A stretch of DNA of 64,000 bases from Arenicellales bacterium (GCA_965200715.1 OZ241374.1:1048474-1112473), one strand, 5' to 3'. Counted from the first letter of the stretch, positions 10,034 to 20,694 are shown. Notes: generated by a model not told the origin, from the sequence alone. A program made the numbers and translations.

Positions 10034-10780
10034 ATGACCAAGCATCGTGTCAATCAGCAGTCTGGCTTTATTCTCCATCGTCGTCCATATTCGGAAAGTA
10101 GTCTGTTGGTAGATGTTTTTACTCGAGGATATGGTCGATTAACCTTAATTGCCAAGGGTTCAAGACGAAATAAACAACGATCAGTAGGACTGTTTATTCC
10201 ATTCAAGCCATTGCTTCTTAGCTGGAGCGGAAAAGGAAATCTTCCGGTCTTGACCGGAATTGAGTCGAGCCGTTTTGCTGTAGATCTTTCAGCATCTGCA
10301 AGATCCTGTGCTTATTATCAGAATGAACTGCTTCTCAAGTTGTTACATCGTTTCGATAGTAATGAAAAATTATTTGACCACTATCGGGATTCATTGGTCG
10401 CATTGGAAGAGGGGATCAATCCACATTTGGTTCTTCGGATATTTGAAAAATACTTGCTCCGAGAAATTGGTTTCGGTCTGATACTAGATCATGATGCGTC
10501 ATCAGGTGAGGCAATAAATGAAGATGCTTATTATGATTATGTCCCGGAAAAAGGACCCGTTTATACACATTTTCCGAGTGTTGCATCAATTAGCGGAAAA
10601 ACTCTAAAGGCTTTGAATGACGATAACTTTGAGTCTCATGAGCAACTTCATGAAGCAATGCGATTAACGAGAAAGTTGATTGACCGACAACTAAATGGGG
10701 AAGTTTTGCGTACTCGAAAAGTAATTTATGCGATGAGAGATTTTAAAGAGTTAAATCAGTTAGTCGGAATGAATACGTAA
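10034..10780 (+). CDS. recO: DNA repair protein RecO
   Basis: FILHRRPYSESSLLVDVFTRGYGR; follows rnc-era; ATG 10034 preferred. Confidence 0.93.
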   Translation: MTKHRVNQQSGFILHRRPYSESSLLVDVFTRGYGRLTLIAKGSRRNKQRSVGLFIPFKPLLLSWSGKGNLPVLTGIESSRFAVDLSASARSCAYYQNELLLKLLHRFDSNEKLFDHYRDSLVALEEGINPHLVLRIFEKYLLREIGFGLILDHDASSGEAINEDAYYDYVPEKGPVYTHFPSVASISGKTLKALNDDNFESHEQLHEAMRLTRKLIDRQLNGEVLRTRKVIYAMRDFKELNQLVGMNT

Positions 10781-11392
10781 AGCATGGTTAACATAATGAG
10801 TGATTATCTCCCAAACATGAAAGACGCGAGACTACTTTCATAGTCTATAAGTCCTAGGTTCTATGCTATCTTCGGCTCTGGTTTGATGATGAAGTATATA
10901 TGGAAACGCGAGATTGAGAATCGTTAAATGAAGACATCATTTCATTTATTCCGCTCTTTCGATTAGTTATATCCTTTTCGATTGCTTTCCAAACTACTTC
11001 CATATCAAGAGATAGATAACGATAGATAACAATATTTCGAAATCCAAAAATATCACGTCATGGTATATCGTTCTTCTTTTCTCACTATCTACGATCTGAA
11101 ACTAACAGGATTCCAGATACAGTACAAGTCATTGAGATCGACATGTTCGAAAGGCCTCACCGGTTTCAGGCCAATCCCGACAGGACACCAGTTACGATTT
11201 CAAAACCACCTTCGCGGCCAGGAGACTGGGTTATCATGACAGGCGAGAAAACCTGCCTGTCTCTAGAAAAGCTTGCCAATGGGCAGTTGGGGCTTAAGGA
11301 TTACGAGGTATCCGGCGTAGTATGAAAAGGAGTCCGCATATGAGCTTCCTAGTGTTGATGGCGGAGATATTGAGGTTTTGAGAAAGCACTGA

Positions 11393-12721
11393 TTATCCGT
11401 AGCGTTTCGGTTCCTCGCTGCTGCCGGTAGAACCCGGTACCGGAGCAGGGTTCTCTGTGAGCCCACCCCGGTCAAGCAGATAGGTGTGGAAGGACGGGAT
11501 GGGGCAAACAAACCGGTCAACGGACTCCTCATGTAATGCCCCTTTGTGCACGAGATGAACAAAAAAATCTCTTGCGCCCATTCCTTCCGGGAATAGGTAG
11601 TCTGATTTATTTACCCTGCATTCATTGATGAACTTGATGATCTCCTCGCGTTCATTTCTTGTATTTAATTCGTTCATGATCCTAGCCATTAGGCTCTTGG
11701 CCTCCCTCATTTCGGACGAAAACTGGTGGCCGTAGTAATCGTCCCTTCCGGCCCTGATTTCGACAACTATCCCTTCCCAGTCTGCCTTATCGAGATCACC
11801 GCCTGTCCTCAGGGCTTCCCTGCCAAAAGCCTTTAGAACGATATGTAGGTGGCGGGGCCAACAATCGCAGGGCTCGGCAAGCCGATTGATCTCATCCTCG
11901 AAACCGGCAATGTCGATCCCGAAATGGGCACAAGATCTGGACATGAGTTCTTCAGCCTCATGGTTTGAAAAGCAGCCGATGTTATGGACCTGCCCAGACG
12001 GAATGCGGGTCAAGTCCATCCTGCCAGCGGAGTATTCGGTGTCGCTGAGTCCGGCTAGTACCAGTACAATCGGCAGGTTGCTTCCGTCATGGAGGCTCTG
12101 AAACAACTTGGAGAGCGGATCTTCTGGGACATGGTCAAAGCGCTGTGCTTCGTCAATTGCAAGAGTAATCGGCCGGTCGAATCCACCGTTCTCTTCAACC
12201 CACGCTTTAAACACATTCCAGCGCGCTCTAGTCCTTGTCGTCTCCGCACTTGTTTCTATCCTGCCTCCGACCCGGATCGGACCTAGGCTTACCCCGGCAT
12301 CGCCACCGATTGTCCGGCTGTACCGAGACAGAAAATCTCCTGCGGCTGACGGATTGATACTCACAGCTAGTGGCTCGAGGATGTCGATGGGTTCATCGAT
12401 GTCCCCAGACTTGAGTGTCACAACCATCGGAACAGGGACACCTTCCCGCCGCAACCTCTCCGAGTTGCAGGCGATCTCGTTTAGGATCGAACTTTTGCCA
12501 GCCCCGGGCGCACCCTGCACAATCCGCGTGGCCTTCTCCATGCCATGCTGGCCCGAACCCATACCCTTCCACACCTGTTCGGATGCCAGTGCAATATCCA
12601 TAAGCACCTCCTCCCTTCCAATAAACACTGGTGGCGGTGCACCCTCCGTCTGCACGAGAAAGGATTCCAGTTCCCTCTTCTGGTCATCATTCATCAATGC
12701 CACTCTACGCACTACGTTCAT
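11393..12721 (-). CDS. Stand-alone P-loop ATPase (AAA_16/archaeal-ATPase-like)
   Basis: FIGRE motif, Walker A GAPGAGKS, Walker B IDEAQ, WPRHLH, probable C-terminal winged helix; visibly GC-richer than flanks. Confidence 0.8.
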   Translation of the reverse strand: MNVVRRVALMNDDQKRELESFLVQTEGAPPPVFIGREEVLMDIALASEQVWKGMGSGQHGMEKATRIVQGAPGAGKSSILNEIACNSERLRREGVPVPMVVTLKSGDIDEPIDILEPLAVSINPSAAGDFLSRYSRTIGGDAGVSLGPIRVGGRIETSAETTRTRARWNVFKAWVEENGGFDRPITLAIDEAQRFDHVPEDPLSKLFQSLHDGSNLPIVLVLAGLSDTEYSAGRMDLTRIPSGQVHNIGCFSNHEAEELMSRSCAHFGIDIAGFEDEINRLAEPCDCWPRHLHIVLKAFGREALRTGGDLDKADWEGIVVEIRAGRDDYYGHQFSSEMREAKSLMARIMNELNTRNEREEIIKFINECRVNKSDYLFPEGMGARDFFVHLVHKGALHEESVDRFVCPIPSFHTYLLDRGGLTENPAPVPGSTGSSEEPKRYG

Positions 12722-13286
12722 TCATCCCCGGTCAGCCCCAAAACTGGAGACCGATACTGCCTCCAAGCAGAGGTTACCTGTTGATGGTGGTATGAAACGC
12801 CTTCATGAACTGGGTCTTTAAGGCTGCATCTAGGCTACGAAAAATCAACTGGACAGCCATCATGCATAATATTAAACGGGACAGCTGGACAATGCAATCC
12901 TTATATCACCTCATTCTCCAACTGGTCTGGCTTAAAAAAACGAAAACTACAAAAAGCCACTCCAAAACCCAATCAGACAGGAGAGATTGACGGCTCTGAT
13001 GGTCGATATTTATGGATTTGCGGATTGTTTTGAGAGCATTGAATAACGCGGGAATAGCCAAAATTGCTCAGAGTACCAGCCCCAAATGCAATTTTTGGAT
13101 TAGATGGTCAAAACTGGAAGAATTCAGGATAAATATAGACCAAGAAGTTGCCGCTCTTCCCTTTTCTGTAAGCACATCAACTCGTACGTAGAAGTTATCA
13201 AGGTTTTTTACCTGCTGAGATTTAGATAAATCTCTATACGATTCTATCGTTTTCGATGCATGGTTTCGAATTTGAGAATGGCTTTG

Positions 13287-15047
13287 TTACTTTTTTCTCG
13301 GCATATAAAGATCTGTGATTGTTCCTTCAAATGCCTCGGCAGCAAAACCCAAAGTCTCTGCTAGAGTCGGATGCGCGTGGATTGTTAATCCAATATCTTC
13401 AGCATCGGCATTCATTTCGATCGCAAGTCCAGCCTCAGCGATTAGGTCGCCTGCATTAGTACCGGTTATACCAGCCCCAATGACTCGATTATTCTGATTG
13501 TCAAACAGAAGTTTGGTAACCCCCTCATTTCTGCCAAGAGCCAAGGAGCGACCGCTGGCAGCCCAGGGAAACACTCCCTTGCCATAGTCCAGACCTTGTG
13601 CTTTCGCTTCAGTTTCAGTAACGCCAACCCATGCAACTTCTGGGTCTGTGTAGGCTACTGATGGAATTACCCTGGCTTCAAACCCACTCTTCAGTCCAGC
13701 CGCAACTTCTGCTGCGACCTTACCCTCATGTACAGCTTTATGCGCCAGCATTGGTTGTCCAACAATGTCTCCAATTGCAAAAATATGGCCAACATTGGTT
13801 CTTTGTTGATTATCTACCGCAATGAACCCGCGTTCATCAACATTGACCCCCGCTAACTCAGCACTAATCTCCTTGCCATTCGGTGTGCGTCCTATACATA
13901 CCAGAACTTTATCGAAAGTCATTGAATCCGGTGCTTCCTCGCCTTCAAACTTGACTTCAAGTCCATCTTTGACGGCATTGATGGCCTTGACTCTTGTCTC
14001 CAACCAGATGTTTGCATATCGCTTCTTGATCCGATTCAATAGCGGCCGAACCAAATCAGAATCGGTTCCTGGCATAAGGTCTTTCATCATTTCAACAATA
14101 TGAATTTTGCTGCCAATCGAGTGATACACCGTAGCCATTTCAAGACCAATAATGCCACCACCGATAATCAGAAGATTTGCTGGAATTTCGGTTAACTCCA
14201 GAGCTCCAGTCGAATCAATTAAGCGAGGATCATCATGAGGGAAATCGGATAACTCTACAGGACGGGAGCCAGCGGCAATAATCGCCTGATCAAAAGTTAC
14301 AGTTTGACCGCTATCCAGGCTGATTGAATTGGAAGAATTGAATGAGCCCGTTGCCTGAACTACACGAACTTTTCTTTTTTTGGCAAGCCCTTGAAGACCT
14401 CCAGTCAGTTGGCTGACTATGTTATTCTTCCACTTCAAGGTTTGAGCAATATCCAGTTTTGGATGATCAAATATAACCCCTGCTTCACGGATCTCTTCGC
14501 TTTCATCAATCATTTTAGCAACGTGCAAAAGTGCTTTTGAGGGAATACATCCGACATTTAAACAAACCCCACCCAAAGTTGGATAACGTTCAATTAAAAT
14601 TACATCAAGACCCAGATCCGCCGCCCGAAATGCAGCAGTATACCCACCGGGACCAGATCCCAATACCACCAATTGAGCATGCATATCACCTTCAACTTTG
14701 GGTGTATCGGAACTAGGCTTTTGCGCTTCGATAGGGGCTGAAAATTCCTCTGCAGATTCAGATTTTGTTTCTTTAGTTATTTCCTCAGAAGCGGATGGTT
14801 GGTCGGTTGTTCCCCCAGTTTCTAACTCAAACAGGGGGTGACCCATGGATACCGGATCACCCACGGAGACCAACAACTTAAGGACTGTACCGCCCTCAGG
14901 TGAAGGAATTTCCATCGTTGCCTTATCACTCTCGATAGCGAGAATATCATCACCTGCCGCGATCGTGTCTCCTTCTGATACATAGATTTCAATAATTGGG
15001 ACATTATCGAAATCACCCAAATCCGGTGTTTCTATAGTTTTTGCCAT
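13287..15047 (-). CDS. lpdA: Dihydrolipoamide dehydrogenase with N-terminal lipoyl domain
   Basis: ESDKATME lipoyl motif, GSGPGGY, GGVCLNVGCIPSK, HAHPT. Confidence 0.97.
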   Translation of the reverse strand: MAKTIETPDLGDFDNVPIIEIYVSEGDTIAAGDDILAIESDKATMEIPSPEGGTVLKLLVSVGDPVSMGHPLFELETGGTTDQPSASEEITKETKSESAEEFSAPIEAQKPSSDTPKVEGDMHAQLVVLGSGPGGYTAAFRAADLGLDVILIERYPTLGGVCLNVGCIPSKALLHVAKMIDESEEIREAGVIFDHPKLDIAQTLKWKNNIVSQLTGGLQGLAKKRKVRVVQATGSFNSSNSISLDSGQTVTFDQAIIAAGSRPVELSDFPHDDPRLIDSTGALELTEIPANLLIIGGGIIGLEMATVYHSIGSKIHIVEMMKDLMPGTDSDLVRPLLNRIKKRYANIWLETRVKAINAVKDGLEVKFEGEEAPDSMTFDKVLVCIGRTPNGKEISAELAGVNVDERGFIAVDNQQRTNVGHIFAIGDIVGQPMLAHKAVHEGKVAAEVAAGLKSGFEARVIPSVAYTDPEVAWVGVTETEAKAQGLDYGKGVFPWAASGRSLALGRNEGVTKLLFDNQNNRVIGAGITGTNAGDLIAEAGLAIEMNADAEDIGLTIHAHPTLAETLGFAAEAFEGTITDLYMPRKK

Positions 15048-15055
15048 GACTTCAT

Positions 15056-16363
15056 CTACAAAGCTAATCTTCGAACATCTGAAAACGAGTTCACTACCTG
15101 TGCGGAGAATCGAGCTGCTTCTGCTCCGTCTATCACACGATGATCGTAAGAAACATCTATCGGGAGCATCATGCGAGGCTCAAACTCCTTGCCGTTCCAA
15201 ATCGGAGTCATTTTGCTACGAGATAAGCCAATAATTGCAACCTCAGGAGCATTAATGATAGGAGTGAAACCACAACCACCAATTCCACCTAAGCTAGATA
15301 TGCTGATACATCCTCCCTTGAGGTCTTGGGGCTTTAATTTTCCTTCTCGAGCTCGTTCACTGACTTCTGCCAAATCCTTGGCTAGATCAAAAATACTCTT
15401 TCGGTCTACGTCACGAATGACCGGTACTACCAGACCATTTGGGGTATCGACAGCGATCCCAATATTGAAATATTTTTTAAGTATTATCTCTTCACCATTG
15501 GGAGCCAAAGATGCATTAAAGGTTGGGAATTTCTTCATAGCATTAACCAGGACCTTCATAGCGAAGGATAGGATTGTAATTCGCAAACCCTGACTTGCCG
15601 CTTCATCTTTCAGTGAGCGGCGAAATTCCTCCAGATCAGTAATGTCAGCCTCATCATGATGGGTTACATGTGGAATGCTTACCCACGAACGATGTAAATG
15701 TGGTCCAGAGAGTTTCTTGATGCGGGATAGAAATAATTTTTCTGTTTCTCCAAATTCAGAAAAATCAATCGCTGGCATTGGAGCAAATCCAAGTCCCGGA
15801 GCACTCGATTTTTTCTCTGATTCTTCAAGTTGTTGTTTGGTCCATGCTTTGATATCTTCCTTGAGAATACGTCCTTTAGGTCCGGTTCCTCTGATTCTGT
15901 GCAGACTGGCACCAAGTTCGCGTGCAAATCGCCGGACTGCGGGACTTGCATGGGGAATCGCATCGGATCTTTCCGTTCTTTCAGGCGAAGGAGGTGCGAT
16001 TGATTTATTGGTAGCTTCTGTTCTTGCAGGTTCGGGCTTTGGTTCTGGGATGCTGTCCGGTTGTGTTTCGGCTTCTGGTTTGGTAGGGGCTTCAGGTTTG
16101 GGTTTGGCTGAAACTTCTGCATTTTCTGATGTATCTGATTCAAGTTCAAGAACTAGCGTTCCTTCCGAAACTCGATCACCAACACTAACATGTAATTTAC
16201 TGATCACTCCAGCCGCAGGGCATGGAATTGGCATCGTCGCTTTATCACTTTCGAGTGTTAGTAGTTCCTCTTCCAGTTCAACCCGGTCCCCGACATTGAA
16301 CAGCACATCAATAATTTCAACATCTTGAAAGTCACCTATATCAGGAATTTTCACTTCAATCAT
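15056..16363 (-). CDS. aceF: Pyruvate dehydrogenase E2 (single lipoyl domain)
   Basis: MIEVKIPDIG start, ESDKAT, HASPAVRRFARELG, DHRVIDG. Confidence 0.96.
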   Translation of the reverse strand: MIEVKIPDIGDFQDVEIIDVLFNVGDRVELEEELLTLESDKATMPIPCPAAGVISKLHVSVGDRVSEGTLVLELESDTSENAEVSAKPKPEAPTKPEAETQPDSIPEPKPEPARTEATNKSIAPPSPERTERSDAIPHASPAVRRFARELGASLHRIRGTGPKGRILKEDIKAWTKQQLEESEKKSSAPGLGFAPMPAIDFSEFGETEKLFLSRIKKLSGPHLHRSWVSIPHVTHHDEADITDLEEFRRSLKDEAASQGLRITILSFAMKVLVNAMKKFPTFNASLAPNGEEIILKKYFNIGIAVDTPNGLVVPVIRDVDRKSIFDLAKDLAEVSERAREGKLKPQDLKGGCISISSLGGIGGCGFTPIINAPEVAIIGLSRSKMTPIWNGKEFEPRMMLPIDVSYDHRVIDGAEAARFSAQVVNSFSDVRRLAL

Positions 16364-16367
16364 TTTG

Positions 16368-19040
16368 CTATACCTTTCTCGGATTCGGCTTCTTGGTATC
16401 GATCTGCATCTCTTCAATCGCTTTCGTTACCGTTTTGTGGTCAATAGCTTCCTGATCGGCTAGTCCTTTTAATGCTGCTGTAGTAATGTAGCGATGATCA
16501 ACCTCGAAAAACTTTCTAAGTTGAGACCTCGTATCACTTCGACCAAATCCATCTGTACCGAGGACGCTATAGCGTCCCGGCACATAGGCGCGAATTTGCT
16601 CAGCATACATCCGCATATAATCGGTTGCTGCGATTACAGGGCCTTCCGTATTTTCAAGGCAAAGTTCCACATAAGACTTTTCACGAGGCTTCTCGGGATG
16701 TAACCGATTTTGTCGTTCGACATCATTTCCGTCTCTAGCAAGCTCATTGAAACTAGTTACACTCCAGATATTGGTCGTTACATTGTAATCTTTATCAAGT
16801 ACCTCAGCTGCGGCCTCTACCTCCCGCAATATCGTACCGCTACCTAATATTTGAACTGTATTTTGATTGGAATCTTTACCTACTTTCCTTAATAGATACA
16901 TACCTCGCAAAATGCCTTCTTCGATATTTTCCGGCATTGCTGGGTGAGTATAGTTTTCATTCATTACCGTTATGTAGTAATAAATACTCTCTTCTTCCTC
17001 ATACATACGTCGCAAGCCATCATGAATAATCACCGCGAGTTCATAACTATAAGTAGGGTCATAGGAAACACAGTTTGGTACCGTTGAGGCTAAGATCAGA
17101 CTATGTCCATCTTGATGTTGCAATCCCTCACCAGCAAGTGTAGTCCGTCCGGCAGTACCACCTAGGATAAACCCTCTCGCTCGGCTGTCCCCAGCAGCCC
17201 AACATAAATCACCGATTCGTTGAAAACCAAACATGGAATACAGAATGAAAAAGGGTATCGCGTAGTAATTGTGATTGCTGTAGGAAGTGCCTGCAGCAAT
17301 CCAAGATGACATGGCGCCCGCCTCACTAATCCCTTCTTGAAGGACTTGACCAGTCTTATCCTCTCGGTAGAACATTAATTGGTCGGAGTCGACCGGTTCA
17401 TAGAGTTGACCATGAGGAGAATAAATACCGAGCTGTCGGAACATCCCTTCCATGCCGAAAGTCCTCGATTCATCAGGAATGATCGGCACAATTCGATCTT
17501 TCAGACTCTTGTCCCGTATTAACGAAGAAAGAATCCTCACGAACGCCATGGTGGTCGAGATTTCACGGTCACCGGTCCCTTCAAGTTGGGCTTTAAAGAT
17601 ATCCAGTTTTGGAAGGGTAATTCCTGGCGAACTAAAGATTTTTCTAGCCGGAAGAAAACCGCCCAAGGCTTTTCTTCTCTCTAGTAGGTATTGGGTCTCT
17701 TCAGAGTCCTCTTCAGGTCGATAAAAAGGAGTTTTTGCGACTTCTTCATCGGTTAACGGGATATTGAAACGATCACGGAACGCAAGTAGTGACTGCTCCC
17801 CCATTTTCTTTTGTTGGTGAGTGGTGTTCTGACCCTCACCCGCTTCACCCATCCCATATCCCTTGACTGTCTTGGCCAGAATAACCGTTGGTTGGCCAGT
17901 ATGATTGATAGCAGAATGATAAGCCGCATAGATTTTGTGGGGATCGTGGCCACCCCGATTCAATCGCCAGATGTCCTCATCAGTCAAGTTAGCGACCATG
18001 GCCTTCAAATCCGGATATTTACCAAAGAAATGGTCTCGAACATAAGCTCCATCATTGGCTTTGAAAGCTTGGTATTCACCATCTACTGCTTCTTCCATGC
18101 GATGTCTCAGAATGCCTTTCTCATCACGCATCAGGAGTTTATCCCAGTAACCTCCCCAGATGAGCTTGATTACGTTCCAGCCTGCACCACGAAAATCACT
18201 CTCTAGCTCTTGGATGATTTTTCCATTTCCGCGTACTGGACCATCCAGTCTTTGCAGGTTGCAATTGACAACGAAAATAAGGTTGTCGAGATTCTCACGA
18301 CCAGCAAGGGCCAAAGCACCGACGGATTCCGGTTCATCCATTTCACCATCTCCCAAAAATACCCATATTTTCCTGTCCTTCGCATCGATCAGCCCACGGT
18401 TATGCAAGTACTTCATAAAACGCGCCTGATAGATGGCCATAATGGGCCCAAGTCCCATCGAGACTGTCGGGAATTGCCAGAAATCGGGCATTAACCATGG
18501 GTGGGGATATGAAGAAAGCCCACCACCATCGACTTCCTGACGGAATTTATTTAAAACGTCTTCATCAAGTCTTCGCTCGAGGTAAGCTCGAGCATAGATT
18601 CCGGGAGCAGAATGTCCCTGAATAAAAATCATATCACCAAGATGTTCAGGTGTAGCAGCTCGCCAGAAATGATTGAAGCCCACATCATATAGAGTAGCTG
18701 CAGAGGCAAAACTTGCGATATGCCCGCCCAATTCTGTTGAGATACGATTTGCTCTGATGACCATGGCCATAGCATTCCATCGGATAAATGCTCGGATTCG
18801 CCATTCCAGTGCATGGTCACCTGGACTTGGTTTCTCCATATGTAACGGTATGGTATTAAGGTAAGCCGTGTTTGCTTGATAAGGGATATGCACTCCACGA
18901 CGGCGTGAGTGACTAATCAAGGATTCAATAATATAGTGTGCGCGTTCCTGACCTTGAGTTTCTAGCACTGCCTCAAGCGAATCCAACCATTCTCGAGTCT
19001 CGATTTCATCAATGTCAGTTGTGATATTGGGGTTGACCAT
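16368..19040 (-). CDS. aceE: Pyruvate dehydrogenase E1 (homodimeric type)
   Basis: ETREWL, SSYPHPWLMPDFWQFPTVSMGLG, GDGEMDEPES ThDP motif, GTDGFGRSD. Confidence 0.98.
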   Translation of the reverse strand: MVNPNITTDIDEIETREWLDSLEAVLETQGQERAHYIIESLISHSRRRGVHIPYQANTAYLNTIPLHMEKPSPGDHALEWRIRAFIRWNAMAMVIRANRISTELGGHIASFASAATLYDVGFNHFWRAATPEHLGDMIFIQGHSAPGIYARAYLERRLDEDVLNKFRQEVDGGGLSSYPHPWLMPDFWQFPTVSMGLGPIMAIYQARFMKYLHNRGLIDAKDRKIWVFLGDGEMDEPESVGALALAGRENLDNLIFVVNCNLQRLDGPVRGNGKIIQELESDFRGAGWNVIKLIWGGYWDKLLMRDEKGILRHRMEEAVDGEYQAFKANDGAYVRDHFFGKYPDLKAMVANLTDEDIWRLNRGGHDPHKIYAAYHSAINHTGQPTVILAKTVKGYGMGEAGEGQNTTHQQKKMGEQSLLAFRDRFNIPLTDEEVAKTPFYRPEEDSEETQYLLERRKALGGFLPARKIFSSPGITLPKLDIFKAQLEGTGDREISTTMAFVRILSSLIRDKSLKDRIVPIIPDESRTFGMEGMFRQLGIYSPHGQLYEPVDSDQLMFYREDKTGQVLQEGISEAGAMSSWIAAGTSYSNHNYYAIPFFILYSMFGFQRIGDLCWAAGDSRARGFILGGTAGRTTLAGEGLQHQDGHSLILASTVPNCVSYDPTYSYELAVIIHDGLRRMYEEEESIYYYITVMNENYTHPAMPENIEEGILRGMYLLRKVGKDSNQNTVQILGSGTILREVEAAAEVLDKDYNVTTNIWSVTSFNELARDGNDVERQNRLHPEKPREKSYVELCLENTEGPVIAATDYMRMYAEQIRAYVPGRYSVLGTDGFGRSDTRSQLRKFFEVDHRYITTAALKGLADQEAIDHKTVTKAIEEMQIDTKKPNPRKV

Positions 19041-19298
19041 ATTCGTAAACCAAAAATTTTGTCATTTTTTCCATACAAAAATGCTAAAAGCAGTATTTGC
19101 CTGTTTCATTATAGGCAATAAACTCGTAGATTGACAAAAAATTAGCGTCTAAGGTTCTTTTCAGCGGATCGATCGTTATTCATAAAAGCCTATCGTAAAC
19201 AAATTGGATAAAGGACGTTAAGTTCGCAAAAACTAGCTCGAAAATGATCAGGCCAATTTTATGTTTAGCCTCAAATATTCAATTATAAATAAATAACA

Positions 19299-19347
19299 CA
19301 AAAAGCTGGACTTTTGCATTTCAAAAAGCTGAACTTTTGCCATTTCA
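19299..19347. repeat. Imperfect tandem pair of ~24-bp units, each AAAAG-N5-CTTTT
   Basis: caaaaagctggacttttgcatttca / caaaaagctgaacttttgccatttca read directly. Confidence 0.75.
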
Positions 19348-19373
19348 GTTTGATTATGCTCTCGGCATGAACA

Positions 19374-19795
19374 GCCCGAGATCAGTGGATTGGCTTGATC
19401 TAATCCAGAACGACCGGTTGCGGTTTATCGTGAACAATTGCTTCAATGCTGTTTTGCGCCTGGACCTGCGGTATGATGAAATGGCGCAATACGATGATAA
19501 TTTCATGGATTCAATACCATCGTCGTGGTGCCTTGAGACGGATCGGTCACGATGTATCAACCCATCCCTGCACTATCTGCAGCGAGTGCGGCAAATCATG
19601 GGATTCGGCTACCCGATGGGCGATTAGCCGGGAAGTCTGTGAACAGTTTGATTTTCTCGATGCCAAAGGTCAGGTGCGCGGTCACATGCATTGGTCGGCA
19701 AAGATCGGGGGCAGTGGATTGCACTGATCAGTTTTCCGGTCTCCGGCCGCGCTGAAGTGTTCGGGGGGCCCGAGATCAGTGGATTGGCTTGATCT
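19374..19795 (+). repeat. Exact 28-bp direct repeat (19374-19401 and 19768-19795)
   Basis: gcccgagatcagtggattggcttgatct at both sites. Confidence 0.9.
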
Positions 19796-20261
19796 CGCAA
19801 ATCGTATCATCGGAACGCCCGGTTTCTGATTCGTCGAATTCGGTGTGCGAATTCGTCGCTTCCTGACTATCATTTTGGCCCGATCATGCTGTGTCCGAAT
19901 CTGGGCTCGCGGATTCTGTCGAAACCTGCCGCAATTCGCGGCTTCGCGAGCGACTGGATGAGGCATGCTTTTCCCAATCGTTGTTATTGCTTGAGATCCG
20001 GATGAAGAGGCGATCAACTGCGCAGATTGTCGACCTGATTATCCGCAAGATTTCGCAAGAGCGCACCGGAACGATTTTATCGTGCCGATAACCGTTGGGT
20101 ATTGGCGGGCTTGAGACCCAAGGTGTTGATACGGATTTCCACGTGGTGCATCGTGGCTCAGCCTGACCGAGTCGGCAAGTACACAATCGGCACGTCGTGT
20201 TGGCGGAAAGACCCGAGGTCCTACCGGCGGGTGCGATGGTGGCTATAGTCCGAGCTCAGCC

Positions 20262-20637
20262 GACCGAGTCGGTCAAGTTGGTATTTGTGAAACCCCTGCA
20301 TTGCGGATGGCCCGAGGAGGCGATCTTGCAGACGTTTGCCCAGCCGCTTCCGGATGTGGATCAATATCGAGTTGGCGATGTGATTGTACGAGACTTTGCC
20401 CGTTTCCGGAATCAAAAGTTGAGAAGACAGGCCAATATCCTGGCATCCGAAGGATGTGGCATCAATATCGTGAAGCAAGGGCAACGGCATGAACTGGCAA
20501 TTGAAGTATTGTCCCTGACTATTTCGGGTGCAGGATACTGACCGAGTCGGTCAAGTTGGTATTTGTGAAACCCCGCATGCGGATGCCCAGGCGATCTTGC
20601 GAGCCCAGCCGCTTCCGGATGTGGATCAATATCGAGT
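20262..20637 (+). repeat. Duplicated ~100-110 bp unit (20262-20372 and 20540-20637)
   Basis: Two exact 35-bp blocks shared: 20262-20296 = 20540-20574 and 20338-20372 = 20603-20637, with indels between. Confidence 0.9.
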
Positions 20638-20694
20638 GAAGAAGATGAATTTGGCATTGAAGACTATGGTTCCCTGTACGACTATTTCCAGGAT

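Larger units (their letters stand above)
19370..20694 (+). pseudogene. Scrambled/degenerate DUF4338 (DruA-like) domain upstream of ISAs1 transposase
   Basis: Peptide fragments in shifting frames: ARDQWIG, RLRFIVNN, QWIALISF, AALKC, CPNLGSRILS, SQSLLLLE, RTGTI, KLVFVKPL, then IEDYGSLYDYFQD running in frame into the transposase ORF. Confidence 0.65.

Noticed and set aside
11011-11030. Tandem GATAGATAAC x2
   Set aside because: A single 10-bp duplication in AT-rich DNA; could be an IS footprint but nothing else supports it
12108-12821. 237-aa plus-strand ORF
   Set aside because: Antisense shadow of the ATPase in GC-richer DNA; Ser/Pro/Arg-rich with no motifs
15171-16328. 140-aa and 217-aa plus-strand ORFs
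   Set aside because: Antisense shadows of aceF
19374-20637. 28-35 bp direct repeats as a CRISPR array
   Set aside because: Only pairs of different repeats, irregular spacing of hundreds of bp, coding-like content, no cas genes
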